DNA of 64,000 nt from Felis catus (Eukaryota), in the NCBI RefSeq assembly GCF_018350175.1, contig NC_058368.1, positions 236,408,001 to 236,472,000 of the forward strand, read 5' to 3'. The notes under the pieces were generated by a model, which had not been told where the DNA came from, made no database searches, and saw only the letters and a program-made list of their open reading frames with translations. This document shows positions 11,631-24,946 of the stretch, one piece after another. Numbering within the stretch: the stretch's first letter is position 1; every line of letters begins with the position of its first letter. Both the position numbers and the translations under genes were made by a program.

Positions 11631-12729
11631 GGATAGATGCGAATGAGGCAGATAAAAATGCCTCCTGGGGGCACTGATGTGGGTGAGACGGGAATATAAC
11701 AAAGAAAGAAGTCACATCCATCGTACCCAGAGACGGAGAAGAGGCCAGAAGGAAGAACCGGGAAAGCACTGGGGGTCGGGGGGCCAAGGGCCAGGGGGAC
11801 CGTGTCCACCTTCCGCCTTCCCCGAGGGGATGGCATTCTAGAACGTCGCTTCTGTTCTCTAGACGAGGGACACCGAGGGTCTGGGGGAGGAGGGTGGGCG
11901 GTGGGGTGGACGACATCACGTATCGCTTCTGCACATGCCCCCACGCGTCCTCCCCTCTTAGCACGGCTGCCAGGATGCCCTGCAGACCCCTGATCCTTAA
12001 CGGAAGGCGTCCCTCTTCACATGTGCCCACACAGTGGCGTGGCCCATCTGACATGCCAACGCGGCCCGCCATGCGTCTCTGTTGAAAAGCCTTCCTCATG
12101 TCCAGCGCGAGCTGCTTTGGGAAACTTCACGTTATTCTCAGAGGCCCGGGTTTTGTGTGCAAGTGCACGCTTTTGCCTTCACAGAATACGCAGTGCGAAC
12201 ATGACATGGAGGTGCTTCGGTGGCTGGTCAATTTCAAGGTATTATTGGGCTCATTATTGGTAGCTTGCTGTTACCCCTATCACTATCGCCCCCAAACTCC
12301 TGAAGTTATGGATGCTGTGAAGGGGGCCTGTCCTGTCTGTGCCCATGTGGACCTCCAGGCAGAGGTGGACATCCGTGTGCCTGGGGCAGGCCAGCTCTTC
12401 TGTCCACACGTCTCCTGCCGACCTCCTAGCCTCACCTGACACGGACAGTCCTCACGTCATGCCCGCAGCGATGGAGCCACATGCTCTTCCACCCTGTGCG
12501 TGATGAGAACGAGGACCCCCCCTCCTGCCCTGCAGCCCGCCCTGCACAGGCCCCCTCCTGCTCGCCTTTCAGGACGGCTCAGACTTCAAGCTCTGTAGGA
12601 ATTGTCCCTTGCCTTCTTCCCTCCCTTCTCTGGGATCAGGATGTTGACAAACGGCCTTGATTTTCAAAAGGGCCCTGTGCTGGGAGGCCCTGAATGCATG
12701 AGCCTCCCTCCACCCCTCACGTCCTACTA

Positions 12730-12860
12730 ATGCTCTATTATTATTCTCAGTATGGAGATGAGAAAACTGAGGAAAAGAGATTAAGTCATTCGCCAGAGTC
12801 ACATGGCTAGCGGGTGGCAGAGCCTAGACTGGGTGTCACTGCTTTTCTCCAGAGCGCATG
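12730..12860 (-). mobile_element. MIR relic
   Basis: Core gatgagaaaactgagg...ttaagtcattcgccagagtcacatggctag...ggcagagc. Confidence 0.8.
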
Positions 12861-14867
12861 CTCCCAAGGAGCCCCATCAAGTGTCCCCAGGGACACCAGT
12901 GGGTTTAGCACATTGCACCCTAAGGGCCGGCAGGTGCATCCGGAGAGCGGGAGGGGTGTAGGCAGCAGCCCCAGATCTGGCAGGCACTTGGCCCTTGATA
13001 ACCATCTGTGGAATCATTAATTCACTCCTGCCTCCGGGCTGCGTCTGCCTGGCGGTGTGAATCCCACATTTATAGACTTATCTCAACATAGCGGAGAAGA
13101 CAAGCCTGCTTAAAGATTAGAGCAAATTCTTCTTTACTTTGTCGGAGAGAAACCCCTGACCGCAGGGTGAAGCCTATGTATCAAGCATTCGTTTCAGAAA
13201 AGGAACTGCTTTGCATCAGTGTGTTACCCGGGCTATTTAAACACATTCTTCTGCAGAAGTGTTTAGTGTAGAACACGCGGATGACCGTCTCGGGAGGAGT
13301 CGATGACCTCTGACATTTCACCGTCCTCTAGCAGTGGACTTCTCTTCCCTCTGAACCAATAAGACACATACTCCAGAGTCATGGGAAGCTGGACACGGAA
13401 GGAAAGAGATTTGACAGGGGCATTGAGCTGGCCAGCAAATTAACCTGAGTCGTGCCTGTCTCTGGTGGCCCCTTGGAGATCTGCGTCCTGTGACCCGCGG
13501 GCCAGGGGGTGCTGAATCCACACCTGCCCGCTAACCACTGCGCTGCGAATTTTCTTCTTCATCATTTGCTGTCATCCCTGCCATGTGGAATGACAGTTGT
13601 TTCCCCCATAAATTAAATGCATTCTCCCATCGTGTGCCCTGTTGACTAGGAGGAGGGCCGTTACCAAGATTTATTGACTCGGAGGAGTCACATTTTCTGA
13701 GCACTACAGAGCCTAAACATTAGTATCTAGACTAAACATTTTTGGTCTTGAAAGCTTTCCTTTCTTTTAAATTGGCTTCCATGCCAAAGTTCTTCTTTTC
13801 TCATTAGAGTACGAGTCTCCTCTCTTTGTGGGGGAGGGCTGTGCCATGGAGAATGGCCCACGATGCCGCCACAGCTTTGTCAAATAATCACACTAACTGC
13901 TATTTGACAAAGTTGCATGTCTAAGTTCAAGCCAATTGTTTCTTGAGACTCCTGTGGATCTGTTAACTTTTAGCAGACTATTGACTGACCTATTACTGCA
14001 AACAATTTTTATCATCAAACAGGCTTTTTCACTCCCGGAATCATTGTCCCAATGAGCAGACTTGAACGCATCTCAAGAAATCAGGTTGTATATAAAACTG
14101 TGAAATACAGAAGGGATTTTTAAATTATCTGGTTTGTTTAATCAGTATAAATATCCCAGGAGGGTCAGTCAGACTTCCAAGATTTCTGTGTGTTCTGCTC
14201 TCAATTAGCCAATCCGCGAAATCACATACGCTAGCATTTTGTATATCTCAAAACGCTCTTACAGGGTGTTTATTTATGGAGAAGCTTCTCCTGGTGAGGG
14301 CCGTCCTGTAGGTCATATGTCTGGCACCACACCTTGAGGTGGGGTCACAGGTGGCTCACGTGTAGCAGGGGAGTGGCGGACGTGGACCCAGGTGGCCAGC
14401 TCCTCTCTGGAGGCTCTCCGGACCCCCGTCAGGAAGGTAAAGTCCCAGCCAGCCACACTGTCCGCATGGACCTGGTTTCCAGCTCAGAAATTCCAATTTC
14501 AGTAACTACACAGATATTTGGGGCCATGTCACTGGTGTGGAAATGAGAGGTTTGCGTACTGAATAAAATCAGCAATGGGAAAATAAGCTCCAGACAAAGG
14601 TACAATGACAAATATAGCCATAGTCTGTATTTATCAACTTGTCTTTGTATTAATTGGCCAAAAAATAGTTTCTAAAGGAAAGAAAAAAGAATCTACTCAA
14701 AATAACATTAGAGGTTCTCAGTGGGCAGCTCCTGTGGAATCATGGTATAGCTCTCTGGACTGAGAAGTCCTGCCCAGTCCCCACTCACCCTTTGTTAGCC
14801 CTGGAGTCTGGGTGCTTCTGTATCTCAGACTTCTCAAAGGGTTTGGGGAGAAATAAATGAGATGCCA

Positions 14868-14870
14868 TTT

Positions 14871-14923
<53 letters not shown>

Positions 14924-14963
14924 TTTCTTTCTTTCTCCCTTCTCTCTTTCTTTCTTTCTTTCT

Positions 14964-15008
<45 letters not shown>

Positions 15009-15075
15009 TTTCTTTCTTTCTTTCTTTCTTTCTTCTTTCTTTCTTTCTCCCTTCTCTCTTTCTTTCTTTCTTTCT

Positions 15076-15150
<75 letters not shown>
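14868..15150. repeat. Compound (TTTC)n microsatellite forming the tail of the adjacent SINE
   Basis: About 280 bp of pure pyrimidine repeat. Confidence 0.97.
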
Positions 15151-15287
15151 AGACACAGAATCCGCAGCAGGATCCAGGCTCTGAGCTGTCAGCACAGTGC
15201 CCAATGGGGGGCTCGAACTCACGAACCTTGAGATTATGACCTGGGCCAAAGTCGGGCAGTCAGCTGACTGAGCCATCCAGAGGCCCC
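15151..15287 (-). mobile_element. Can-SINE lacking its internal (CT)n region
   Basis: SINE head and body join the (GAAA)n tail directly; degenerate TSD aatgagatgcca (14856-14867) / agtgagatgcaa (15288-15299). Confidence 0.92.
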
Positions 15288-16103
15288 AGTGAGATGCAAA
15301 GCAAGCTTTGCTATGGTTCTCGTGATGTTAGCTTCATCACCCTCCATCACATGACTTCCCTCTGGCTCGTGCATCTGGTCCACGGACTGTCACACATGCT
15401 TCGCTGGCTTGTAAAGAGCGCCTAGTGAAGTCTGCATGGGCAGGACCTCCTGTGCCTGCGGTCCGTGGCTTTTCCAATCTTTTGTTTCCAGGTTTGTTTT
15501 TACAAGGTTGGATGGTTTGGCATTCAGGCTGTGCCTTATCAATGTGTATGCGTAATATGGTAGTGACTTTTATTGAGCCTAAGATACTGGTGTTCGGTAA
15601 TGTTTCACATTCAAGCGACTATGGAAATGGTGCTAATTTTATTTTCAAGGCTGGATTAACAATGCATCTTGAATTTTATGAAGTATTTTCGAGAGGCTAG
15701 ATCTACATTGACCTTTTAACCTCTTTGCCCTTGTTAACTGGAAGGTAGTTATTGTTTCACTACATGACTGGCTGATGATTCACATGTCTCTGTAACAAAG
15801 TCGCTTACTTTATTTATTCGCATACAACGCTAAGGTATAGAAAAGTCTGTGCTTCATCCGAAAATCCTTATGTGACTAAAACTCACTCTAACTTTGCCAC
15901 CCAGGCCTCAATTCTATGTAACATTCTTATAACTGAGTCAATGCGTTGTGATAAGGTCCGGCTCCGTACAATGTTCCAGTAGGTGCCCGTGGGAGCACGG
16001 AGTCACTTGTTTTTCACAGAGTCATTTTAATGGTGGGTTTAAGACTCAATTTCAACCCAGGAGATATTTCCACAAAATATGCAAAACAACCTCATAAAAT
16101 CTT

Positions 16104-16193
16104 GTCTGTTTATCTATCTATTTATCTATCTCTCCATCATCTATCTATCATCTACCTATCATCTATCTATCTATCTATCTACCAACTATCTAT
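16104..16193. repeat. Degenerate (TATC)n repeat
   Basis: Seen directly. Confidence 0.9.
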
Positions 16194-16532
16194 TGCAAAA
16201 CAAGTCGGGTGCTTTACTTATATTACATTTCTATAATGAAACCTCCCTTTTACAAAAGAAACTTCATCATATGTACAAGATGATTCAAATCATCAACAAG
16301 AAGTTGAATTTCCATGGAAAGGGACATCTTCTTAAAAGAGGGTCATTCTGGAAAAGGGTCTGTAGGTGTTCAAATATTAGTCCCATGAGCTAGGAAGAGC
16401 TATAAGGTTTATTAGGCATCACTGGAATTCTTCTGTCAAAACCAATTAAATGTTTATAATAAATCTAGATGGTAAGTTCCCATTTTAAATCAGCAAATAA
16501 CCAAAAAATTCAGAATGCTACTAACTGAGATT

Positions 16533-16720
16533 AAAAAAAAAATAATCTTTATTTTTGAGAAAGAGACAGAGTGAAGGTGGGGAGGGGCACAGAATCTGAA
16601 GCAGGATCCAGGCTCTGAGCTGTCAGCACAGAGCCTGACGCGGGCCTTGAACCCACGAAAGGTGAGATCCCGACCTGAGCTGAAGTCTGATGCCCAACAG
16701 ACTGAGCCACCCGGGTGCCC
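16533..16720 (-). mobile_element. Can-SINE with TSD
   Basis: SINE body; TSD tgcta(c/t)taactgagatt at 16516-16532 and 16726-16742. Confidence 0.93.
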
Positions 16721-17089
16721 GAAGGGTGCTATTAACTGAGATTTTAAGTAAACATCTAATCTACACCTCCATTCATGTATCACCATTGACATAGTTACGT
16801 ACTGTTTTATTGTTGGTGCATCTAGAAATTGTAGTGAACAGAAAAGAAGCTGAAGAAATCCTCCTTTTTCACAGGGATATCGTGGGAAAGACAGCACGGT
16901 GTATGGTCAACTCAGCAATGAAATGAGGTACAGGCCCCGTGTGGCAGATTAGGTAGAAAATTCTTCATGTGCGTGGTCAGGTTCACGCTTGTTTCTGAAG
17001 ACCAGGAAGTGGCAGGAGAGCGCTAACAACTGAAATCTCAAATTCCTGGAGAAAAGTGTCCTTTCTTCCTGGAGGCTGTCGGGAAAAGA

Positions 17090-17205
17090 AGGCTGGACTC
17101 AAGTGCAGCCATTCCGGACGGAAAATCTAGCTGTGTCGCTGACCAGCGGTCGGTCCTTGGGCAAGTCACTCCATTTCTCTGTGCGTCCAATCCCTCATCC
17201 ACAAA
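17090..17205 (+). mobile_element. MIR relic
   Basis: ccttgggcaagtcactccatttctctgtgc...ccctcatc core. Confidence 0.7.
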
Positions 17206-18456
17206 CCCCGGGCACTGGCACTTGTGAGCCCTCCCAGCTCTTCAATTTGATGTTTCTGAAGAATCTTTTCAAGTGCGGAGCTCAGCTGCAGACAGCAGCC
17301 AGCCTCAGCTTCCCCAGGCGCGTTCCCATCAAGGGACCAGACATTTGCCTGCGGGCCACGGGGGCGCGAATGGATTCTCACACCGCGTCCAGAGGCCACA
17401 GAGGAGCTCGAAGTACCCACGGAGGACAGGCTCCATCACTGTCCTCCGGCATTCTTGATAAAACATAAATTATGTTTTTCACCCTGACGGAGATTATGTG
17501 TTCCTCGTTCTCCTCGCAGCTGACCCCAGAGGCTCTGGAGTGTTTCATTACAAATTCTTGCCACTGATTTGAGATCCCTGAAAGCATTTCCTAAAATACT
17601 TTGAACTCCAGCTAGACCGCTGAGTTATTTCTTCTAGCGAGGCATCTTTTAAATAGGAGGAAAATATGTATTTTAAATTTAGAAGTCAGGGTCTTAAGGA
17701 TATGTGAGTGCATGCGTGTGTATGTATGTTACGCTTGTGTGTGGATGCACATGCGTATAAGGCATGCATGCAGATAAGTATGTGGACACGTCAGTTATCT
17801 CTGCAATGTAGCATGCTGGTGGGTGCGGCTCTTTAAAAGAATATGCTTTTCCATTTTGCCCAAAGCTGACATGAATAACGGAGTCGCTTGTGGAAAATAC
17901 ACAGGAAGGGACATGAAAATAATCGCAACACAAACGAATGTGGAAAGAAAAGGCGCAGGACGCAGCAAAACCAAGATTTCCCTCAAAACCCCAGAGTACA
18001 AAAGGAATTCTTCGAGCCCTTCTACACGGAGGGTCACTCGGAGGGACTGCAGAGAGAGAGTGGGGGTCAGTCGCAGTGGTCAAAGGCGGGACAGCACGTG
18101 CACGCGGCCGTCGACGCGCAGAGCATCACGTGTGTTCCAAAATCAGACGCTTGGCAATACCGCATTTTCCTTGTGGTTGAGGTGACAGGGCTGTTTTAGT
18201 CCCCAGCAGTAATGAGTTGACCCACCTAATGCAGAGCAAAGGGAAGTGGAATTTTCCACCGGATTTGTGAAGGCACCTTGTGAGCAGAGAGAGAGAGGCC
18301 ATGAGCTGGGAGGGAAAAAGAAGATGGAGATCCACTCTCTTCCCACCTTCGTGACCCTCCCTCTCTACCAGGGAAGACGATCCACAAATGGCCAAGATTC
18401 TGCCTAGCGTCACCTGCCACTCCCTCGAATGTTAGATCCCTCCCCTCTCTTCCCAC

Positions 18457-18676
18457 CAGGGTTTCTCAGCCCAGACACTCCTCACATTTGGGGCCGGAGA
18501 AGTCTTGGCTGTGGCTAGCTGCCCCACGGTTGCAGAATCTCAGGATTGTACCCGCCGGATGCCAGCAGAACTTCTCCCCCACCCCAGTAGAGATGACCAA
18601 AAGTCTCCGGACATCCTGAATGTCCCCAAATGTCCTCTGGTATCAGAATAAGGGGACACCGCCCCACTGAGAATGC
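18457..18676. mobile_element. MER20-like hAT DNA transposon
   Basis: cagggtttctcagc start, acatttggggccgga, gatgccagcag, gaccaaaagtctccggacat, tgagaa end. Confidence 0.8.
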
Positions 18677-19099
18677 TTCTTCAACCTCCTCTGGCCGGGG
18701 ACAGGGCTACCAGCTCAGGGACCCCTGCCGTGTTGTGCCACCTCGAGAACATTCTCAGAATAAGACGGTGGGGCCACAAGTCAAGGGGCTCCACGTTTAA
18801 GTATGAGACAAAGTTTGTTAACCGGATGATGTAAAGACCCTATTTAATGAAACAAGAATTCAAAAAATCTTATTATTTGAATGAGGGTTTTTCCTCTTCC
18901 TTGAAATGGACTTGAGCACCATGAAATGAAGTTCCTAGATGGCTTGAAATCATGGAATATAACTCACCTTTCTTGAATTAATAACTTAAACATCATTTCT
19001 GTTGTGCAGAGAACAAGTGTGCATATTTCTTTTTAAAGAAGATACGACATAGTGCTCAGATATTTTTTAAAAATAGACTAGACAGGTTTTTTTGTCTTT

Positions 19100-19438
19100 C
19101 TTAAAATATAATTTATTGTCAAATTGGCTTCCATCCACACCCAGTGCTCATCCCAACAAGTGCCCTCCTCTGTGCCTGTCACCCATTTTTCCCTCTCCCC
19201 CACCCCCCAGCAATCCTCAGTCTGTTCTCTGTATTTAAGAGTCTCTTATGGTTTGCCTCCCTCCCTCTCTGTAACTTTTTTTTCCCTTCCCTTCCCCCAT
19301 GGTCTTCCGCTAAGTTTCTCAAGATCCACGTATGAGTGAGAACATATGATATCTGTCTTTCTCTGACTGACTTATTTCACTCAGCACAAACCTTCCAGTT
19401 CCATCCACGTCGCTGCAAATGGCAGGATTTCAGTCTTT
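19100..19438 (-). mobile_element. Felid LINE-1 3' end, 5'-truncated
   Basis: Reverse complement is closely similar to the L1 copies at 46.3 and 60.5 kb in this window. Confidence 0.95.
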
Positions 19439-22400
19439 AAAAAAGGGGGGGGCGATTTTTTGTCTTAATACAGCCAATCTGCTGGGGTCCCTGGTGTCGC
19501 CCCCTCACGCAGACTGCTCCATCTAGAAGACGTCATGCAGAATCCCAGGGTGCCTTACCAGGTGGTCCGACAGGTGCACAGGTGTTGGGGAGGGGCAGGT
19601 CTAGAGCTGTGAGGGGAGCAGGCTCGCTCCCCCCCAGGGGCTCACACTTGCTCTGAAAGGCCTTGCCTAGGAGATGGATACACTCATTGAGGGAACCTCT
19701 GTATTCCACTGCTGTTTCCAGTTCTCAAGATCACGCGGTCAGTCAACTGAGATTGCATGCCAACTCTCACCAGATGTCGCCGAGACGCGGTACCCCCTTC
19801 GTGGCTGCCCAGGGTCCGAGCTTCTCAGTTCAGGGCACAGAAATGCCTCCCGCCTGGGGACACGTGGCCCATCCTTCCACCCTAACTCTCTCTCTCTCTC
19901 TCTCCTCCTCTCCCTCTTGTGGATAAGTCACATCACGCAGCAGAATCATACTTCTGAAAGCCTTTAAACCCTCTCGTCCTCTCGGGAGGGTTATTGCCAA
20001 CCCCATGGCAGCTTCTCTTTGGGATTTCTGCCTCTTCCTCTTGAGCCAACAGCCAGTCCCTGCTGTTCAACATTAATTCCGGAGTAACAATCGCCTTTGA
20101 TTCTGCCTCGACTTCCTGCGAAATAAAACTGTCAGCAGGGAAAGCTTGGAACTTATCAGATACAGTGTTTTCTGAGGGAGACCTCCGACAGATGCCTCCG
20201 AACTGGAATCGCGCATCAGAGCCATGCCCTTGCGCCGCGTCGCTCTTGTGGGCCGTGCCACAAATGTGTGCGGCTCACTTCTGCCTTGCAAGTGTGGTCT
20301 GTTCTGTTCCTCACCCACTGTATGTTTTACTCTCTCTCCTTTGATCTTGAGTCAAGCCCTCCAGACTGGGATTCCACCACGGTTTTAGGGAATTTTAATG
20401 CAATTCTAGACTTTTTTTTGACATGGCTCATTCTGTCCTCTTTCTAGGGGATCTGTTCTTTTTACTTGACAAGTGCATTCAAGCTTTCCTGCAAGTAGTT
20501 CATCTGGGTCCCGGTGATACTTCATAAATCAGAGCTCTCTCCATTTGCTAAAACCTCAGGTTGCCTTTTCTCTCGGGTCACGTTCCTTGGGCTTCTACGA
20601 CGTGACCCACGGGTGCTGGTCCTCAGGACGACCTGCTCCCACTCGGGTCCAGCCCCTTCGTCTCTTGCTCTGAGGAGAGCCCGATATTGCCTCTCACTCG
20701 GAAAGTGCAAGCTTGTCTCTTAGGAGGAGCTCCCGGGTATGTCAGATGATTCAGCAATTCACGTTAATTATTTCAATTTCTGAAAATCACACCCCTGGAT
20801 GCTTCTGTCTAGAAAATCGCCTGAGCTCGAGGACAGGGGCCGAGCTGCGTGCGGGTCCCCTTAACACCTGAGGCTTCTTCTCCGTGTCTTAGACTGAGGA
20901 TCCTCACTCCTGATTCCTAGGATTGGGTTTGGGGCATAACGAGGAGGCTTTCTACAAGCTGTGAAGCGGAGGAAACAAATTCAGTATTTGAAAGACACTG
21001 CATGAATAGCTATATGAATTAGCATTTGCTTGACAAAATTAGGAACTAAAAGGTGTAATATACATAACTGATATGGTAATAATACATGTGCATATAAACA
21101 TACGTATACGGGTGTGTGTGCACTTGGATCAATATCACTACCCATAAAGAAATATGCCCTTCCTAACACGTGTCACAGATCGGGCATTCACGACGTTATT
21201 TCCTTGTCTTTCTCTTTTCTCTGCCATGACCGCTGGTGGACGGTGACTGCAACCTGGACAACGATTCCCACAGGAGAGACTTTGTCCTACGGAATGTTCC
21301 GGCCCTTATATTTTGTGTTTGCCATGCTATGCCAAGCCTCACTGGAGCCTGGCATAAGAGCAAATATCGGCAACACCGATCCTGTCTTTCTTTACAATTT
21401 CTTATTCGCTTCATCGTGGATGCTTTGCAATAATTGTGATTTTGAAAAATTTTTATGAAAATGTTATTTAACTACCGCTATCTTGCCTCTTCTTAGTCCT
21501 GGCCTTCTAAATATTCTGTGTATCTTTAACATCAAAGAAATCCATGCTAAAAATAGGAAATAGAGCGACATGATTCTCTCTCTTTCTCTCTCGAAATGAC
21601 TTACAGACAATCACAGGCCATAGCCGTGCCAGTATTTCTAACTTGTGCTCCGTCTCTCTGCTCAACATTTAATGTTGTATATGAGTGGTGAAGACTGAAA
21701 ACTAATGATCCTGCTGACAAAGGAAAGTTCTGGAAGAAGTTCAGGAAAAATTGGTGAAAGTCGGAGGCATATACTGAAGCAGGCAACTCGTGGTTTCCAG
21801 GAACCGGGGAGGAGGTCCCTGGTCACAGGGGAATGGGCCTCATGACTGTCCTTTGTGGGCACAGACCCCACCTCCCCCGGCCACCCCATCATTGATCACT
21901 GCCTGAGACAACAGGCCGCCTCCTGCTTTATCAGGCGGAGGCCATCATCCATTATTTCTTGATGACACAGCCCTTACCGAAGGGTTTTCTACATGAAAAC
22001 ATTTTAATGTTGTCACTTTGGGAGAATATTTTGTCTTCAAAGAAGAAAAGGTCAAGCCTGAAAAGTTTTAGATAGATTTGATAGAAATCAATAGAGTGAA
22101 GGGCAAATTTTCTACAAAATATTCTTGAATGTTTTATTTATTGGACGTTCAGCTGTACAAATTAGACGTGTGGGATCTAATAGAATGGAATCCAAGGTTA
22201 TGACTTTTATAGCATGGCTGCACCACTCCTCTCCGCCCCCCCCCCAAAAAAAATCCAAAATTCTTTTAAATCCAAATTTATCTTAAAAGTCTTAACACCA
22301 CTGTGTATTCAGACTAAGTCAAAAAAAATTGCTACTTTGGTGAATTTACCACAATTGACTCCAAATTGCTGGCTTTCCATCTTCTGTTTGTGACCTTGCA

Positions 22401-24749
22401 CCTTGTGCTTGTTGCTGATACTGAGCCAAATAGGGTTTGGAAAACATGGTTTCCTAAAGCCACTAAATGCAGCAACGAGTCAAAGTAAAGTCCAACTGCT
22501 GCTGGTGATTATCAAAATGTTGATGTTTTGGCCCCTTTCTCTAGCCAGCACAGAGATTAATGATAACTGTTTTCTATAATTTCTTTATACGGCCCAGGGA
22601 TTGCAGACATTGTTTCCTGATCTTTCATTTCTACGGGGTTGTTAGGCAAGTACAGATTCCTCCATGCCAGCAGTGAGAAAAGAGGTAGAAATTGGCGCCT
22701 GGAGGTCGGAGGTGGGCAGGGGAGGAAGTGGCCACCCCCACACTTCCAGGGGCAGACGTTTGCACACCCATCTCCACTCCTCCAAGTGGGTCCTGTCCCC
22801 AGGGTCACAATTCCCAATGCCTTTGCCGCTCTCAGCTCCTGGCCCTTCTGTTGATCAGGTGGATGTTGCCATCTTCATAGGAAACCATCAAAGTTATTGG
22901 AGCCAATGTTGGCAAAGTGTCGTCAGAGAGTATCATGCAGAATCTCCTCCCGGGGGTTGGTTATGCGGGAATCTGGAGCCCATCTCTCAATTCCGGACCA
23001 CTGTTGGTCACACAGGTTCAAACTGCTAACGAATGGCCCTCGTTCAAACCCCGGGAATCGCCAAGTTGGTAGAACTGACATCTTCCGGTGCCAAAGAATC
23101 GAATGGATTTGCCCTGCCACGGCCTCGTCCCCAACGGGTTCTGCCCACAACTCACATGATGCTGTGGCTTCCTTTTTTTCCCAGATGTGCTTTATCTCTG
23201 GGAATCTTTAACAAAGAAGACCCTAAGCATATGTTAGACGAAACACGGTGTTACAGTCTGTACATTTGACGTGATGACCACCATTTATTACACAAGTTTT
23301 GTTGCTTGTTCCTGATGAAAGAAGACTCTTCCTAGAAAGAGAAAAATGTGCAGATGATATAGAAAGAAACTGTTCCTGGTGAAGGTGCGATTTTAGCAAA
23401 TATTTTACAGAAACAATGGCCCCCGAGAGAGGAAATTAAGACTCTAGTTGATTGTTTACTTCGTTTCCCCTTTGGAGCTGGTGCAGAAAACCCGCAGTCT
23501 TCTGTCATCAGGATGCCATCCCTGTGGAGGAAGAGCCGCGGGGAAGCAATCCTGGCAGGCTCCAGGAGGAAGGTGTGCCATTTCCCTGAAAGGTGTCCTT
23601 GTCTACAACCTGCTGGAGCGGGAATTAACATTCTTTGATAAAATGGGTCTGAAAGCAGATGCCAGAATAAATGTGCTGTGTTGAACCCACTTTATCTGAT
23701 CGGTAAATGGTATATAATTTTTTCCATAGTGTCAATTCAAGCATCTCTCTAAGACTGGTTTTATTGTCTTTGTGAAATCCAGAGTTAAATTCCCCTTATA
23801 GAGGTTGACAAGGAAAGATGGCTAAGCTCAGATGAGTTTATGTTCAAACATTTTGGAACCCAGACAGGTCAGAAATGGAAAGCCATTACTCTGTAAGACA
23901 TGGTCCTGTCCAAGCATGCCACCCTGAGTGGACGTCTGGAATATTCTCTGCTCTCAGAGGTATCTTGCCTGAGTAGGTACTGGACCTAAGTTGGACTGCT
24001 GCTGCCATCTTGTTAGAAATCTGGATGTAAGGGAGAGACCCAGTCCACCTTCCTGGACTAGAGTGATGCTACAAGATGTAATCCAGGAACCATAGATGGC
24101 CATGCCCCACCCTGGAGCTTATGAGAGTCACCCTGCAAGTCCTACAGGCTTCCCTCCTGTCCCTCGTCTGTGAGGGCACGAGACCCTGACACGTGGGCCT
24201 GTCGTCCGCTTGGCTCCACTGGAGTCTAGCAGACCTCTTCTCCAGAACCTCCTCCCATCTCCTCCTTAGATCTGGAGGCTGAGGTGGTCATACAGCCCAG
24301 ACTCCGTTTTCCATCCCTCACTTATGAAGTAGTGACAAAGGATCCAACTTTGCAAAGTCACGCATGGATGGGAGACAGTAGACTTAGAATGCCCCGCCAG
24401 GAACCCGGTGTATCATAGTGTTTGTTCCATTGTATCTTTGACTGGTGGTCTTGACAGAAGGCCCAGGAAAAACAGCATCACTATCCTCCCTCTCAGATGA
24501 GAGAAGACACTTGGAGAATTGCCTGTCTCATCCCGGCCAGTATTCAACAGGACACATTTCAAACCAGTTTTGCCTGGCTCTCTCCAAAATCCACATTCCA
24601 TGCTGTGCAAACCATTGTTCAGAAATAGACTCCCCGGGGTCAGCAGACAGAAGAGTGGTTCTGAGATAGAATAACATGCTATTGTTCCTACCTGAAATGG
24701 AACCTCACGATGGTATCAGTACTTACTGTGCCCTGGCTCCAAGAGGCAT

Positions 24750-24946
24750 GTTTTTAAGGTTTATTTATTTTTGAGAGAGAGCGCACAAGCCGAGGCGGGG
24801 CAGAGAGAGAGAGGGGGGCAGAGGACCCAAAGCAGGATCTGCACCGATAGCAGCAAGCCTGATGTGGGACTCAAACTCATGAACGGTGAGATCACGACCT
24901 GAGCCAAAGCTGGTCGCTCAACTGATTGAGCCACTCAGGCTCCCCC
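24750..24946 (-). mobile_element. Can-SINE, diverged
   Basis: SINE body and A-rich tail. Confidence 0.92.

Noticed and set aside
14785..15276. K/E/R-rich and F/L/S-rich ORFs
   Set aside because: Artefacts of the (TTTC)n array and the SINE
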